Positions 28,157 through 36,765 of a stretch of 64,000 bases of DNA are shown here, piece by piece. This stretch comes from Bacteroidaceae bacterium (GTDB lineage: Bacteria > Bacteroidota > Bacteroidia > Bacteroidales > Bacteroidaceae): assembly GCA_900771425.1 (NCBI GenBank), contig CAAGNV010000032.1, forward strand, positions 882-64,881. Reading direction: 5' to 3'. The notes beneath the pieces were generated by a model. It did no database searches and had not been told where the DNA came from. It saw nothing but the letters and a program-made list of their open reading frames with translations. The position numbers and the translations under genes are program-made. The first letter of the stretch is position 1. Every line of letters begins with the position of its first letter.

Positions 28157-30202
28157 TCATACGGACGTTTTCTTGCTTTCCTGTATTTTCTCTAATTTGA
28201 TTATCTCGTCGCGGTACTGTGCTGCAAGGATGAAATCGAGGCGCTTAGCTGCTTCCTGCATGAGCGTGCGAGTGTGTTCGATGGACTTCTGGAGTTGCTC
28301 TCCGTCCATCTTCTTCACTACAGGGTCTTCGGCTGCCTTGAGGAACGACTCTTCGATATAGGCCTTGCCTACATAATCGACGTGCTTTCCTTCGTTTATA
28401 CTTTGCTGCGCTTTCTTTATCTGCGCAGGTGTGATGTGGTGCTCTTCGTTGTAATGCATCTGCTTGATGCGCCGTCGCTCGGTTTCCTCGATGGTCTTGC
28501 GCATACTGTCGGTCATGCGGTCGGCATAGAGTATTGCCTTGCCGTTGACGTTACGTGCGGCACGTCCGATGGTTTGTGTAAGTGAACGGTAACTGCGGAG
28601 GAAGCCCTCCTTGTCGGCATCGAGTATAGCCACGAGCGACACTTCGGGCAGGTCGAGACCTTCGCGCAGGAGGTTGACTCCCACTACGACGTCGTATTCG
28701 CCCCGACGCAGTTGCTTGAGTATTTCCACGCGTTCGAACGTATCGACGTCGCTGTGTATGTAATTGCATCTGACCTCATAGGTCAGTAGGTAGTCCGTCA
28801 GTTCTTCTGCCTGCCGCTTGGTAAGTGTAGTTACCAGCACACGTTCGTCGCGTTCGATGCGTTGCTGTATCTCTTCCATCAAGTCATCTACTTGATTCTC
28901 GCATGGCTTCACTACGATTTCGGGCTCGAGCAAGCCCGTAGGACGTATCACCTGCTCCACGATGACACCTTCCGACTTCTGCAGTTCATAGTCGGCAGGG
29001 GTGGCACTCATGTATATAGTCTGTGGCGTCATCTCCTCGAACTCATCGAAAGTGAGCGGACGGTTGTCGAGTGCTGCAGGCAGGCGGTAACCATATTCCA
29101 CCAACGTCTGTTTCCTTCGGCGGTCGCCTCCGTACATGGCACGTATCTGAGGCACAGATTCGTGGCTCTCATCGACTACAAGCAGGAAGTCCTCTGGGAA
29201 GAAATCGAGCAGGCAATACGGACGGTCGCCCGGTTCACGTCCGTCGAAGTAACGGCTGTAGTTCTCTATACCCGAACAGTGTCCGAGTTCACGGATCATC
29301 TCGAGGTCGTTTGTCACACGCGTCTCTATGAGGTTCTTCTTCACCTCGTCGCCGATGTCTTCGTAGAACTTCATGCGTTCGACCAAGTCGTCCTGTATCT
29401 TGTTGATGGCTTCCTGGGTGCGTTCCTTCGAGGTCATGAACAGGTTGGCTGGGTAAATCTTGTATTCGTCGTCGTTGCAGATGACGTATCCCGTATCGGG
29501 TTCGACCTCCTGTATGCTTTCTATCTCGTCCCATGCAAAGCACACGCGGAGCATGCGGTCGTCGTAAGCAAGGAAGATGTCAACCACCTCACCCTTTACA
29601 CGGAAATGTCCGCGTGTCAGTTCTATGTCGTTGCGGACATATAGGCTGTCAACCAATTTGTGCAGGAATACGTTTATGTCGATGGTTTGTCCTACGTTGA
29701 TTGAAATGATGTTCTCAGAGAAATCGACAGGCGACCCCATGCCGTAAATGCACGAAACGGAGCTCACGACAACGATGTCGTCGCGCCCCGACATGAGCGA
29801 ACGAGTTGCCGATATTCGCAGCCGGTCAACCTCTTCGTTGATGGCGAGGTCCTTCTCTATGTAAGTGTCTGTTGACGGAATGTATGCCTCTGGCTGATAG
29901 TAGTCGTAGTAACTGACGTAATACTCCACGGCATTGTTTGGGAAGAATCCCTTCATCTCGGTGTAGAGCTGATGGGCGAGTGTCTTGTTGTGGCTTAGAA
30001 TTAGGGTAGGGCGTCCTATGTTTTTGATGACGTTGGCAATGGTGAATGTCTTTCCCGAACCAGTCACGCCAAGCAACACTTGGGCAGGGAGTCCTTGTCG
30101 GACACCCTCGGTCAGTTGCCTGATGGCTTCGGGTTGGTCACCCGTCGGTTCATAGTCAGAATTAAGTTCAAACACGTTGTCGTCAGTCTTTATAGAAGTC
30201 AA
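28157..30202 (-). CDS. uvrB: excinuclease ABC subunit B
   Basis: 681 aa with GDQPEAIRQL, Walker A GVTGSGKT and a C-terminal UVR domain (AAQYRDEIIKLE). Confidence 0.95.
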   Translation of the reverse strand: MTSIKTDDNVFELNSDYEPTGDQPEAIRQLTEGVRQGLPAQVLLGVTGSGKTFTIANVIKNIGRPTLILSHNKTLAHQLYTEMKGFFPNNAVEYYVSYYDYYQPEAYIPSTDTYIEKDLAINEEVDRLRISATRSLMSGRDDIVVVSSVSCIYGMGSPVDFSENIISINVGQTIDINVFLHKLVDSLYVRNDIELTRGHFRVKGEVVDIFLAYDDRMLRVCFAWDEIESIQEVEPDTGYVICNDDEYKIYPANLFMTSKERTQEAINKIQDDLVERMKFYEDIGDEVKKNLIETRVTNDLEMIRELGHCSGIENYSRYFDGREPGDRPYCLLDFFPEDFLLVVDESHESVPQIRAMYGGDRRRKQTLVEYGYRLPAALDNRPLTFDEFEEMTPQTIYMSATPADYELQKSEGVIVEQVIRPTGLLEPEIVVKPCENQVDDLMEEIQQRIERDERVLVTTLTKRQAEELTDYLLTYEVRCNYIHSDVDTFERVEILKQLRRGEYDVVVGVNLLREGLDLPEVSLVAILDADKEGFLRSYRSLTQTIGRAARNVNGKAILYADRMTDSMRKTIEETERRRIKQMHYNEEHHITPAQIKKAQQSINEGKHVDYVGKAYIEESFLKAAEDPVVKKMDGEQLQKSIEHTRTLMQEAAKRLDFILAAQYRDEIIKLEKIQESKKTSV

Positions 30203-31253
30203 GGTTTTCAGGCATGATAAGTTCGATGCCTACATAATGCAGCACTTCCTGCTTCATTCTCAGAACGCATGAGTTGAAGATACTGCGGAAACAGTTTAGC
30301 CCCTGGTGCTGAGGGTGCTGGCCGACAAGGAAATCGACAAAACCATCACGCATGCACTGGATGTTTGCATCGATGGCATCGTACCCGAGCAGTGTGATGT
30401 GTGGATGATCCTTCATGTTGTCTTTAAGGAAATTGCCTATCACGTGGATTGACGAGTTGAAGGCTATGCCGTAAAGCACGTCCATATTCTTGGTGAAGAA
30501 TTTCTGCATGGAGTCCTTCATGCCTTCCTTGTCGTAGGCATAGAGGTTGAGGTCGATGATTTGGGTCTCAGGACTGTGCTCTTTTACGTATTCGCGGAAG
30601 CCTTCCTCGCGTTCCAACTGCTGACGGCTGGCAACACGACCTTCGCCAAGCAACTTGAACAAGGCAATCTTACGGTGATGGGCTGCGGCCATAAGTATAA
30701 TCTTGGCAGAGAACTCACCGCTTCGGCGTGCGTCCTGACCATAGAACGTGACGGGATTGAGATCCGACCAATACGAGTCGAGGAGAGAATACGGTATTTG
30801 TTTCGCTTCGAGTTTCTTGGTGAAGCGAGCCATGATGCGGTGATTGAATATAGGACCGATAATCACGGCACAAGGGTCGTATGTAAGGATGCTGCGGCAC
30901 TGTATTTCGAACGACTCTTCGTTGAACTGGTCGTAACTGAAAACCTTGAATGCCAACTTGAAGTCAGTGTAGCGCTGAACACCTTCGTACAGACCTTTCT
31001 CGACACGTGCCCAGTAACTGTCTTCCTTGTGCATAGGCAGTACGGCTGCAATCTTATACACCTTGTTGCTTGCCAGTGCACTAGCGTAGTGGTTAGGAAC
31101 GTAATTGATTTCGTCGAGCACCTTCTGAACCTTTTCAAGTGCTAACTCCGACACGCTGCCACGACCATGAATGACACGATCGACCGTTCCGACGCTTACG
31201 CCGGCCATCTCTGCAATGTCCTTGATACGAATTTTCTGTTGATTGAATACCAT
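30183..31253 (-). CDS. LacI-family transcriptional regulator
   Basis: Start set at MVFNQQKIRIKDIAEMAGVSVGTVDRVIHGRG (HTH), followed by a periplasmic-binding-fold sugar sensor domain. Its 3' end overlaps the uvrB start by 20 nt. Confidence 0.85.
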   Translation of the reverse strand: MVFNQQKIRIKDIAEMAGVSVGTVDRVIHGRGSVSELALEKVQKVLDEINYVPNHYASALASNKVYKIAAVLPMHKEDSYWARVEKGLYEGVQRYTDFKLAFKVFSYDQFNEESFEIQCRSILTYDPCAVIIGPIFNHRIMARFTKKLEAKQIPYSLLDSYWSDLNPVTFYGQDARRSGEFSAKIILMAAAHHRKIALFKLLGEGRVASRQQLEREEGFREYVKEHSPETQIIDLNLYAYDKEGMKDSMQKFFTKNMDVLYGIAFNSSIHVIGNFLKDNMKDHPHITLLGYDAIDANIQCMRDGFVDFLVGQHPQHQGLNCFRSIFNSCVLRMKQEVLHYVGIELIMPENLDFYKD

Positions 31254-31356
31254 CGTCCTTTTTACCGTTAATGAAAAGACTATACCTATTTTATTATATA
31301 AATATCTGGGATGATTTGACTCTTCATGCGTTGATGCGTGCATACACAACCCTGCG

Positions 31357-31364
31357 CAAAGGTA
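31357..31364 (-). promoter_or_regulatory. -7 promoter box (TACCTTTG on minus strand)
   Basis: CAAAGGTA about 100 nt upstream of the LacI ATG. Confidence 0.4.
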
Positions 31365-31438
31365 GGCATTTTTTGCTAAAATACAATGTATGACCGCTTT
31401 TTTCTTACTTAAAAGTACTGCCTATCGTTAAAAATCCG

Positions 31439-31446
31439 TATATTTG
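31439..31446 (+). promoter_or_regulatory. -7 promoter box TATATTTG
   Basis: TAnnTTTG match about 120 nt upstream of the kdgK ATG. Confidence 0.45.
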
Positions 31447-31473
31447 CATGCCGAAACAAAAGTAGGCTTGCAA
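31444..31473. promoter_or_regulatory. candidate operator: 9-bp inverted repeat TTGCATGCC-N12-GGCTTGCAA
   Basis: 8 of 9 positions are complementary. It overlaps the -7 box and predicted TSS of kdgK, next to the divergent LacI gene. Confidence 0.3.
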
Positions 31474-31565
31474 TTCCGCTACTCTACGAATCACAAAGCA
31501 AGAATGGTGGAAACGATTAAACTGACTATAATTATAAAGAGAGTAAAAAACGAATCAACACTTTT

Positions 31566-32588
31566 ATGGCAAAGATTATTACTATGGGCGAACTGATGCT
31601 TCGCCTGTCGCCTGAGGGCAATTACCGCTTCGTACAAGCAGAGAAATTCAACATCATTCCAGGAGGAGGTGAGGCTAACGTGGCAATCAGCTGCGCCAAC
31701 TTTGGTCACGACTGCTATTTCGTGTCAAAGCTCCCAAAGCACGAGATAGGACAGATAGCACTCAATGCAATGCGCAAGTTCGGTGTCAATACCGATTTCA
31801 TTGCACGCGGCGGCGACCGTGTCGGACTTTATTACGCTGAGACGGGTGCTTCGATGCGCCCTTCAAAGGTCATATACGACCGTGCTCACTCTGCTATAGC
31901 TGAGGCTAAGCCTGAGGATTTCGACTTCGACAAGATATTCGAAGGTGCCGACTGGTTCCACTGGAGTGGCATCACGCCTGCCATCAGCGACGCCAGTGCC
32001 GAGTGCCTGCGTCAGGCATGTATCGCAGCAAAGCGCCACGGAGTGACCGTGAGCTGTGACCTGAACTTCCGTAAGAAACTATGGACAAGCGAGAAGGCAA
32101 TCAGCATAATGCGCCCACTCATGCAGTACGTCGATGTATGTATCGGTAACGAAGAAGATGCCGAACTCTGTCTCGGATTCAAACCCGATGCCGACGTTGA
32201 AGGCGGAAAGACCGATGCTGCAGGTTACGAAGGCATATTCCGTCAGATGATGAAGGAATTCGGGTTCAAGTATGTGGTTTCTACTCTCCGCGAGAGTTTC
32301 AGCGCTACCCATAACGGTTGGAAGGCTTTGATCTACGACGGCAACGAATTCTACCAGTCAAAGCGTTACGACATCGACCCAATCATCGACCGTGTAGGTG
32401 GCGGCGACAGCTTCTCGGGTGGCTTGATTCATGGTTTGCTCACTAAGGCAACACAGGGCGAGGCTCTTGAGTTCGCCGTTGCAGCAAGTGCACTGAAGCA
32501 CACCATACCAGGCGACTTCAATCACGTCAGCATAGAAGAGGTGGAGGCTCTCGCCGGAGGTAACGCTAACGGACGAGTGCAGCGATAG
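31566..32588 (+). CDS. kdgK: 2-dehydro-3-deoxygluconokinase (PfkB family)
   Basis: 340 aa with GELMLRLSP, GGGEANVA and DRVGGGDSFSGGLIHG motifs. Confidence 0.88.
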   Translation: MAKIITMGELMLRLSPEGNYRFVQAEKFNIIPGGGEANVAISCANFGHDCYFVSKLPKHEIGQIALNAMRKFGVNTDFIARGGDRVGLYYAETGASMRPSKVIYDRAHSAIAEAKPEDFDFDKIFEGADWFHWSGITPAISDASAECLRQACIAAKRHGVTVSCDLNFRKKLWTSEKAISIMRPLMQYVDVCIGNEEDAELCLGFKPDADVEGGKTDAAGYEGIFRQMMKEFGFKYVVSTLRESFSATHNGWKALIYDGNEFYQSKRYDIDPIIDRVGGGDSFSGGLIHGLLTKATQGEALEFAVAASALKHTIPGDFNHVSIEEVEALAGGNANGRVQR

Positions 32589-32645
32589 GGGAGAATCAGT
32601 AATTCAGATTATGATTTAAAGACAATTAGCAAATAACAATGCAAT

Positions 32646-33311
32646 ATGGCTAAGTTCGATAAGATAGAAGTATTGAAGAAAATAGGTGAAACCGGCATGG
32701 TGCCCGTGTTCTACCATAAGGACGCTGAAGTTGCCAAGAAGGTAATCAAGGCATGTTATGACGGAGGCGTTCGTGCTTTCGAGTTTACCAACCGTGGTGA
32801 TTTCGCTCATGAGGTATTTGCCGAGTGTGTGAAGTATGCTGCCGTGGAGTGCCCTGAACTCGCTATGGGCGTGGGCAGCGTGGTCGATGCACCGACTGCA
32901 GCCCTCTACATCCAGTTGGGCGCATGCTTCGTGGTAGGTCCTTTGTTTAACGAAGACGTTGCTCCTGTATGTAACCGCCGACTCGTTCCTTTTTGCCCTG
33001 GCTGCGGTACGGTCAGCGAGATAGGCAAGGCACAGGAGTTGGGCTGCGACCTCTGCAAGGTATTCCCTGGCGACGTCTATGGTCCTGCTTTCGTCAAGGG
33101 CATGAAGGCTCCTATGCCATGGTCAAAGATCATGGTCACGGGCGGAGTTGCTCCTACCGAGGAGAACCTCACTGCGTGGTTCAAGGCTGGCGTTTACTGT
33201 GTCGGCATGGGCAGCAAGCTCTTCCCTAAGGACAAGGTGGCAGCCGAAGACTGGCAGTACGTCACCGACAAATGCCGCGAATGCCTTGAGATAATAAAGA
33301 ATGCAAGATAA
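32646..33311 (+). CDS. eda: KDPG / 4-hydroxy-2-oxoglutarate aldolase
   Basis: 221 aa. [17 protein letters not shown], the motif KVFPG and GGV are typical of Eda. Confidence 0.88.
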   Translation: MAKFDKIEVLKKIGETGMVPVFYHKDAEVAKKVIKACYDGGVRAFEFTNRGDFAHEVFAECVKYAAVECPELAMGVGSVVDAPTAALYIQLGACFVVGPLFNEDVAPVCNRRLVPFCPGCGTVSEIGKAQELGCDLCKVFPGDVYGPAFVKGMKAPMPWSKIMVTGGVAPTEENLTAWFKAGVYCVGMGSKLFPKDKVAAEDWQYVTDKCRECLEIIKNAR

Positions 33312-33345
33312 AGATAAGAAATACCTATAATAACTCTTAATACCT

Positions 33346-35328
33346 ATGGAACAAAAGCAGACAAGCCTTCCTGAGAATGCGTTCCGTGAACTGCATGAAG
33401 GAGAAAAGTACGAGCCGATAATGTCGGCATCACAAACATATCGTGAAGTAACGCCGTGGTCAATCTTCTGGGGTATCGTCATGGCAGTCATCTTCTCTGC
33501 CGCTACCGCTTACCTCGGACTGAAGGTAGGTCAGGTGTTCGAGGCAGCCATACCTATCACCATCATCGCCATCGGACTCTCGGGAGCAGCCAAGCGCAGG
33601 GACCCGCTTGGCGAGAACGTCATCATCCAGAGCATCGGTGCATGCTCGGGTATGGTTGTGGCAGGAGCTATCTTCACGTTGCCGGCACTCTACATACTTC
33701 AGTCAAAGTATCCCGACATCACCGTCAATTTCTTCCAGGTGTTCATGGCATCGCTCCTTGGCGGCGTGCTCGGCATCCTGTTCCTCATCCCGTTCCGCAA
33801 GTACTTCGTGAAGGACATGCACGGCAAGTACCCGTTCCCTGAGGCAACGGCATCCACGCAGGTACTCATCTCGGGCGAGAACAGCGGCAACCAAGCCAAG
33901 CCACTGCTCGTGGCTGGCATCATCGGCGGACTCTACGACTTCGCCGTGGCATCGTTCGGCGCATGGACCGAGAACTTCACGTCACGCGTCACTGAGTTCG
34001 GTGCAATGATAGCCGACAAGACCAAGCTTATGTTCTCGGTCAATACCGGAGCCGCATTGCTCGGCATGGGCTACATCGTAGGTCTGAAGTATGCTGCAAT
34101 CATCTGCATGGGTTCAGTACTTGTCTGGTGGATCATCGTTCCACTCATCGCTGCCATATTCCCAGAACTTGAAGTACAGGCTGGCGTCAGTGCGGCTGCT
34201 GCTTCACCTGAACAGATTTTCGCCTATGCCAAGAGTGTCGGTATCGGCGGCATCGCCATGGCCGGCATCATCGGCATCATCAAGAGCTGGGGAGTCATAC
34301 GCGATGCCTTCAAGCTGTTCGGACAGATATTCGGCCGTAAGGGTGCTGCGTCTGTAGGCAACGAAGCCTCTGTCGAGCGCACTCAGCAAGACCTCTCCAT
34401 GCGTATCATCCTGTTCGGTACACTGCTCGCCATCGTCGTAACCACCATATTCTTCTTCATCGGTCCTATGGACGGCAACCTGCTGTTCACCATCGTGGGC
34501 ATACTCATCGTCGCAGTCATTGCCTTCCTCTTCACCACCGTGGCAGCCAATGCCATTGCCATCGTCGGTTCGAACCCAGTGTCGGGCATGACACTCATGA
34601 CACTCATCCTCTCCAGCATCATCATGGTACTCGTCGGACTCAACGGCACTCACGGCATGGTGGCAGCCCTCATCATGGGCGGCGTTGTATGTACAGCACT
34701 CTCGTCAGCCGGTTCGTTCATCACCGACCTCAAGATCGGTTACTGGCTCGGCAGCACACCTAAGTATCAGGAGACATGGAAGTTCGTGGGCGTACTCGTC
34801 AGCGCAGTCACCGTGGGCGGCGTCATCATGATTCTTAACAAGGCATACGGCTTCACCCCCGACAATACCGACGTCATGGCAGCACCACAGGCACGCGCCA
34901 TGGCAGCCGTCATCGAACCGCTCATGTCGGGCCAGGGAGCACCATGGTTGCTTTACGGCATCGGAGCCCTTATTGCCATCATACTCAACTTCTGCAAGAT
35001 ATCACCACTTGCCTTTGCTCTCGGTATGTTCATCCCGCTTCAGCTCAATCTCCCTCTCATCGTCGGCGGACTCATCAACTGGTACGTATCCAAGCCAAAG
35101 ACCAAGGGCGGACAGCCTAACACAGCAGCCTCGGAGAAAGGCACGTTGCTTGCCAGCGGATTCATTGCCGGCGGTGCACTCATGGGCGTAGTCAGCGCGG
35201 CACTCCGATTTGCCAACCTCGACCTCGTCATACCAGGATGGGGCGATACGCCGTGGGCAGAACTCCTATCACTCGTTGCATACTTGCTCCTCATCGTTTA
35301 TTTAGTAAAAGCATCGAAGAAAGCATAA
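33346..35328 (+). CDS. OPT-family oligopeptide transporter
   Basis: 660 aa with about 15-16 TM helices. The N-terminus EGEKYEPIMSASQTYREVTPWSIFWG and the overall layout match bacterial OPT proteins. Confidence 0.85.
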   Translation: MEQKQTSLPENAFRELHEGEKYEPIMSASQTYREVTPWSIFWGIVMAVIFSAATAYLGLKVGQVFEAAIPITIIAIGLSGAAKRRDPLGENVIIQSIGACSGMVVAGAIFTLPALYILQSKYPDITVNFFQVFMASLLGGVLGILFLIPFRKYFVKDMHGKYPFPEATASTQVLISGENSGNQAKPLLVAGIIGGLYDFAVASFGAWTENFTSRVTEFGAMIADKTKLMFSVNTGAALLGMGYIVGLKYAAIICMGSVLVWWIIVPLIAAIFPELEVQAGVSAAAASPEQIFAYAKSVGIGGIAMAGIIGIIKSWGVIRDAFKLFGQIFGRKGAASVGNEASVERTQQDLSMRIILFGTLLAIVVTTIFFFIGPMDGNLLFTIVGILIVAVIAFLFTTVAANAIAIVGSNPVSGMTLMTLILSSIIMVLVGLNGTHGMVAALIMGGVVCTALSSAGSFITDLKIGYWLGSTPKYQETWKFVGVLVSAVTVGGVIMILNKAYGFTPDNTDVMAAPQARAMAAVIEPLMSGQGAPWLLYGIGALIAIILNFCKISPLAFALGMFIPLQLNLPLIVGGLINWYVSKPKTKGGQPNTAASEKGTLLASGFIAGGALMGVVSAALRFANLDLVIPGWGDTPWAELLSLVAYLLLIVYLVKASKKA

Positions 35329-35340
35329 AGTCTTTGCATT

Positions 35341-35447
35341 CGAAGCAGTGGGTTTTCATGTCCGAAGCAGTGGGTTTTTGTGCCCGAACTTATGTAACTT
35401 CGGGGCTGAAGGTACACTGCTTCGAGACTAAACGTACACTTCTTCGG
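35341..35447 (-). repeat. structured intergenic repeat, family B, copy 1 (22-nt CGAAGCAGTGGG units plus inverted CACTGCTTCG units)
   Basis: Two direct 22-nt units (35341, 35363), a central hairpin CCCGAA..TTCGGG, and two inverted units (35415, 35437). It aligns by hand at about 86 percent identity over about 86 nt to the reverse complement of 57848-57983. Confidence 0.85.
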
Positions 35448-35490
35448 AGCAAAACATATGGAAGGTTGTTGAAAAATCCCTTCATTTGCA

Positions 35491-35498
35491 CAAAATTA
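35491..35498 (-). promoter_or_regulatory. -7 box (TAATTTTG on minus strand) facing repeat B copy 1
   Basis: CAAAATTA about 41 nt from the element edge. It has the same relative orientation as the box at 57814 has to copy 2, and both are followed by TGC. Confidence 0.35.
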
Positions 35499-35532
35499 GT
35501 CTGGTTTCTCGGTAGCGAAACTGGACTTTTTG
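35498..35532 (+). terminator. hairpin plus T-tract, 29 nt before the ECF sigma ATG
   Basis: 11-bp stem AGTCTGGTTTC/GAAACTGGACT (two G-U pairs) followed by TTTTTG. It may terminate the OPT transcript or attenuate the sigma gene. Confidence 0.55.
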
Positions 35533-35560
35533 TGTTATTGTAGTAGAGAAAGTTAAAAAA

Positions 35561-36061
35561 ATGACAATGGAGATACAAGAGTTCATACATAGTGCAATGC
35601 GACTGCGAGGTAATTTGCTTCGGCAGGCAAGGCACTATTTGGATGATGAAGGTGATGCTGAGGATGCTGTTCAGGAGACTCTTGTAAAGTTATGGCTGTT
35701 GAGAGACCGGATTGCAGATACTACGAAGATGAAGAACATGTCAATGGTCGTATGCAAGAATGTGTCACTGAATATGTTGAGGGGGAGAAGGCCGTCGGTA
35801 CCTATAGAAACGGCAGAAGTGATTGCTATGCACGACAATCCGCAGGTGATGCTTGAGGAGCGTGAAAGCAGACAGAAATTGAAACATGGCATAGCTGCAC
35901 TGACAGACAAGCAACGAGCCATACTGAGAATGAGGAATGTGGAAAACATGTCGTACGGCGACATAGCAAAGATAATAGGAACATCGGAATCTTCCGTTCG
36001 CGGAATGATAAGCAAGGCACGACTTGCACTCTTAAATAAAATGAAAGGAGAAGGTGAATGA
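35561..36061 (+). CDS. RNA polymerase ECF sigma-70 factor
   Basis: 166 aa. Region 2 is DAEDAVQETLVKLW and region 4 HTH is MSYGDIAKIIGTSESSVRGMISKAR. Confidence 0.85.
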   Translation: MTMEIQEFIHSAMRLRGNLLRQARHYLDDEGDAEDAVQETLVKLWLLRDRIADTTKMKNMSMVVCKNVSLNMLRGRRPSVPIETAEVIAMHDNPQVMLEERESRQKLKHGIAALTDKQRAILRMRNVENMSYGDIAKIIGTSESSVRGMISKARLALLNKMKGEGE

Positions 36062-36729
36062 AACAGACAAAGGAATACATACAAGAACTCCTCGATAGGT
36101 TCGATTGCGGTCAAACCACTGAGGCTGAAGAGTTGTGGCTGGCGGACTATTTCCATAATGCAGAAACCGTCCCTGATGAATGTAAGGCGCACAAGGAATT
36201 GTTCGAGAGCTTCAAAACCGATGCTTACGACTTCAGCCAAGAAGAACTGGATGCAATGCTGGTTCCAGTAGATGGCATGAAGGCAAAGGTGGTGCGCCTG
36301 TGGCCTTGGTTGGTAGCAGCGTGTGTGGCAGGTGCGTTGGTATTGTTCCTGATGCCGCCGAAAACGACAGACAAACCGGTTGATGAACGTCCCGCAATTG
36401 CCAAGGCTGAACCTGTTCCAACCATCAAAGCCGAACAGAAGGAAGACATTCCCGAAACGGAATCAACCAGCGAAGTATCGGAATCGAAAAGGCAAAGCAA
36501 GGTGAAGCCTAAAACGGCAGTTGCGCAACAACCTGCAGAAGAAGAACCCGCTGACGAACCAGTGCAGATGAGCGATGAAACCAAGATGGAACTGCTCATG
36601 GCTTACCTCACCGGCAGCGATCAACTGCAAGAGGAGAAAGTGATTGACCCTGAAGAAGAAATACGGCAAATACGCCAACGGGGTGAACTCCTGCTCAGTA
36701 TGTGCAATCCAAGTGATAACTCAAACTAA
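36058..36729 (+). CDS. putative anti-sigma factor (single-pass membrane protein)
   Basis: ATGA overlap with the sigma stop. It has a cytoplasmic N-domain, one TM helix (WPWLVAACVAGALVLFLM) and an acidic disordered C-terminal region. Confidence 0.5.
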   Translation: MKQTKEYIQELLDRFDCGQTTEAEELWLADYFHNAETVPDECKAHKELFESFKTDAYDFSQEELDAMLVPVDGMKAKVVRLWPWLVAACVAGALVLFLMPPKTTDKPVDERPAIAKAEPVPTIKAEQKEDIPETESTSEVSESKRQSKVKPKTAVAQQPAEEEPADEPVQMSDETKMELLMAYLTGSDQLQEEKVIDPEEEIRQIRQRGELLLSMCNPSDNSN

Positions 36730-36765
36730 TACAATAACTATAACTCAAACTAAAACAATAAGATT

